Assembly: GCA_963809485.1 (NCBI GenBank)
Contig: CAWEJX010000021.1
Span: 64,001 to 128,000 of the forward strand
DNA from: an uncultured Acidobacteriota bacterium
GTDB lineage: Bacteria; Acidobacteriota; UBA6911
Direction: 5' to 3'
DNA length: 64,000 nt
Under the pieces are notes generated by a model that saw only the letters and a list, made by a program, of their open reading frames with translations, was not told the origin of the DNA and made no database searches. Shown here in pieces: positions 61,273 through 64,000 of this stretch. Within the stretch, counting starts at the first letter, position 1. The number at the start of each line of letters is the position of its first letter. Both the position numbers and the translations under genes were made by a program.

Positions 61273-62197
61273 ATGGCGATGAACGAGAATAAATCGAATC
61301 TGAAAACCGTATTAAAATCCGGAAATTTCGCCGTCACCGCCGAGGCCGGGCCGCCGCGTGGCGCCAGACCCGAAGTGATGCGCGAAAAAGCGAAAATCCT
61401 GAAAGGCTACGTCGATGCCTGCAACGTGACGGATAATCAGACCAGTGTGGTGCGCATGTGCAGCCTGGCAGCCTGCAAGATATTGCTCGAAGAAGGCCTC
61501 GATGCGGTGATGCAGATGGTCTGCCGCGACCGCAACCGAATCGCCGCGCAGAGCGATATACTGGGCGCCGCTGCCCTCGGAATCTCCAACCTGCTCTGCC
61601 TGTCCGGGGATCATCAGATATTCGGCGATCATCCCCAGGCCAAAAATGTCTTCGACATAGACTCGATTCAGCTTATGAAAATCGCCAGACAGATGCGCGA
61701 CGAGTCAAAATTCGCCGGCGGCAAGGACGTGGATGGACCGCCTGATTTGTTTATCGGCGCCGCTGCTAATCCCTTTGCCGATCCTTTCAAAATCCAGGTC
61801 CCCCGCCTGGCCAAAAAGGTCGCAGCCGGCGCTCAGTTCATCCAGACCCAGTGCGTTTTTAACGTGGAAAAGTTCATCGAATGGATGAAAGGGGTCCGGG
61901 AGCGGGGACTGCACGAGAAGACCTATCATCCTGGCCGGGATCACGCCGATCAAGAGCCTTCCCATGGTCGAGTATATGGCAACCAAGGTCGCCGGCATGG
62001 ACATTCCCGACGCGGTCATCGAGCGGATCAAAGGGGTAGAAAAGAAGAAGCAGAAGCAGGAGGGCATCAAGATAGCCGTGGAGACCATCCAGAGGCTGAA
62101 GGAGATCGAGGGCATCCGCGGAGTTCACATCATGGCCATCGAATGGGAAGATGCGGTGCCGGAAATAGTCCGGCAGGCCGGCCTGAAGCCGAAATAG
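61273..62197 (+). CDS. metF: Methylenetetrahydrofolate reductase MetF (frameshift near 61925)
   Basis: VTAEAGPPRG, NVTDN, CRDRNRIA, LCLSGD, KKVAAGAQFIQTQ, GVHIM. Confidence 0.92.
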
Positions 62198-62456
62198 GGC
62201 CAGTCGCACGATCTGCGCCGATCAAGAGGGAAAGGCCACGGAATTCCACGGGTTATTGCTCATGAACCGTGTGAATCCGTGGCTTTTTTTGATTTCAAAC
62301 ACAATCCATTCTGTGTAAATATCTTGGATGAAAGGTCGATTTTGAGCCGCCCCCGCGCTATTTGTTTTGAAAGTGAGGGTGAAGGATTGCTTGACTGAAG
62401 GCTCGGGACCTTTTTTAGCGGAAAAATTGCAGCATCCGGATATACATGGGACCAGG

Positions 62457-63080
62457 ATGAAGAATCGCTTGGCATTCCCCAAAATCCGTTTAGACCTGAC
62501 TCGCTGGCAGGCTTCCGGACGGCAATTCCTCGCCTACTCCCGGTTCCTTCTTCCCGCAAGTGTGCTGCTGGTGTTCCTGACCGTGCTAGCCGTCGGCTGG
62601 TTTACCCAGCCCGATTCATACGTGCGGGGCTATGCCCCCGAACAACCCATTCCTTATTCGCACGGGCTCCATGCGGGCACCCTGAGAATTCCCTGCCAGT
62701 ACTGTCATTCGGGGGCAGTCAAATCGCGCCAGGCCGGAATTCCAAGCGTGCAAAAATGCATGAACTGCCACAGTTTGACCAAAACGGACAGCCCGCACAT
62801 CAGGGAACTCGCTTCCCTGATTGCATCCGGTGAACCGATGAAATGGAAAAGGGTTCACAACCTGCCGGACTATGCATATTTTGATCACAGGCCCCATGTG
62901 ACCGCCGGCATTCTCTGTCAAACCTGTCATGGTGAAATTCAAACGATGGAGGTTGTGTCTCAGCAAATGTCCATGCGCATGGCAAACTGCCTGGGATGCC
63001 ATCGGGAGCCGAAGGATGCGCTGCCCGCGGATTCCGGCATCGGGCGTGGACCTGAGCACTGCAATTCCTGCCATCGATGA
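62457..63080 (+). CDS. actA: Pentaheme cytochrome c, alternative complex III ActA
   Basis: TM anchor, GYAPEQPIPYSH, five CxxCH motifs, LPDYAYFDH. Confidence 0.88.
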   Translation: MKNRLAFPKIRLDLTRWQASGRQFLAYSRFLLPASVLLVFLTVLAVGWFTQPDSYVRGYAPEQPIPYSHGLHAGTLRIPCQYCHSGAVKSRQAGIPSVQKCMNCHSLTKTDSPHIRELASLIASGEPMKWKRVHNLPDYAYFDHRPHVTAGILCQTCHGEIQTMEVVSQQMSMRMANCLGCHREPKDALPADSGIGRGPEHCNSCHR

Positions 63081-63099
63081 GCCGAGAGGAACAAGCGCT

Positions 63100-64000
63100 G
63101 TGGATGATCCGATTTTCTTAAAAAAGGAAGGCCGACATCCCCTCCGGTTCCGGTCCCTGAACGAATGGATCGGGCAGACGCAGGGAGACCCGGCCGCCAC
63201 CGGAAATTTTGATGAGTTTTCCCCGGCGGCATTCGATCCCGTGGGGATGCCCGTCGAAATCCTCTCGCGGCGCAGGTTCCTCAGCCTTCTTTCCGCCTCC
63301 GCGACGCTGGCGTTGGGGACCTCTGCCTGCAGCCGCATCGACCGGCAGACCATCGTTCCATATACCAAGCGGCCGGAAGAAATAATTCCGGGCGTTGCCA
63401 ATTATTATGCGAGCACGTTCCAGGAAGGCCTGATCACCCAGGGAGTTTTGGTGAAAACCCGTGAGGGAAGGCCTATTCACGTGGAGGGGAATCCCGAGCA
63501 CCCGCTTGGCATGGGGATAACGAGTTTACGAAGTGTCGCGGACCTGCTTGGCCTTTATGATCCGGACCGGCTGCGCGGGCCATCCCGAGCCGGAACCAGA
63601 AAAACCTGGGAAGAGGCCGGCCGGGAAATAGTCCGCGCTCTCCGGACGGCGCGTGACAGCGGATCTGCTGTGCTGCTTCTGACGGACGCCGTGGTTTCAC
63701 CAACGCGAAGCGCGCTGATACAGGACTTGAAGAAAGCTCTGCCAAACCTGCACCATGCCGCCTGGGAACCGGCAGCCCCGCATGCGGAAATTTCAGCCGC
63801 AAAAGAGCTCTTTGGCGAAGCAGTGCCCGGCAGGATGCGCCTGGACCGGGCGGATGTCATTGTGGCATTCGAGGCGGATTTTTTGGGATCCGAGGGCAAC
63901 GATGCCGCCGCTATCCGGGATTTTGCCGCGCGGCGCAGCATTTCGGGGCCTGCCGACACCATGAACCGGCTCTGGGCATTCGAAGGCCGGATGAGCCTCA
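63100..64000 (+). CDS. actB: Alternative complex III ActB (Tat molybdopterin-oxidoreductase-like; runs off window)
   Basis: Manual translation: FRSLNE...SRRRFLSLLSASATL...IVPYTKRPEEIIPG...EGRPIHVEGNPEHP...LYDPDR. Confidence 0.88.
   Translation, partial: MDDPIFLKKEGRHPLRFRSLNEWIGQTQGDPAATGNFDEFSPAAFDPVGMPVEILSRRRFLSLLSASATLALGTSACSRIDRQTIVPYTKRPEEIIPGVANYYASTFQEGLITQGVLVKTREGRPIHVEGNPEHPLGMGITSLRSVADLLGLYDPDRLRGPSRAGTRKTWEEAGREIVRALRTARDSGSAVLLLTDAVVSPTRSALIQDLKKALPNLHHAAWEPAAPHAEISAAKELFGEAVPGRMRLDRADVIVAFEADFLGSEGNDAAAIRDFAARRSISGPADTMNRLWAFEGRMSL

Noticed and set aside
1-64000. CRISPR array, rRNA, tRNA (including selC), integron integrase or intact transposase
   Set aside because: None recognised by eye. 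The repeats are dispersed or palindromic, not regularly spaced.

Overview
GC-rich bacterial chromosomal segment. Gene content suggests an anaerobic or facultative Acidobacteriota-like organism (inference). No rRNA, tRNA or CRISPR array was seen. 1-19 kb is an accessory mosaic of SAM methyltransferases, NTF2/SnoaL and cupin proteins, many truncated genes, a phage tail remnant, and an AAA/DUF4143 gene with an internally deleted inverted copy. It also holds integron-type gene cassettes sitting behind two copies of a 28-bp dif/attI-like 11-6-11 site, with no integrase in the window. 19.5-25.6 kb has an M13 peptidase and a GT2-GT2-GT4-radical SAM operon. 33.5-35.3 kb encodes a probable exported 593-aa UGSC-type selenoprotein (in-frame UGA, U-S-S-C, SECIS-like hairpin) that the ORF track splits in two. 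35.6-44.8 kb is a kdp locus with a three-part KdpD. 49.7-54.6 kb is a TetR-TolC-HlyD-ABC operon without permease genes. 56.9-62.2 kb is a GlcD/LctD - FeS/MvhD fusion - LarA - MetV - MetF operon, followed by the start of alternative complex III. Six transposase-less IS200/IS605-derived elements and several REP/MITE-like palindromes are dispersed through the window. Many single-base frameshifts in the kdp and lactate/MetVF regions are probably long-read consensus errors.
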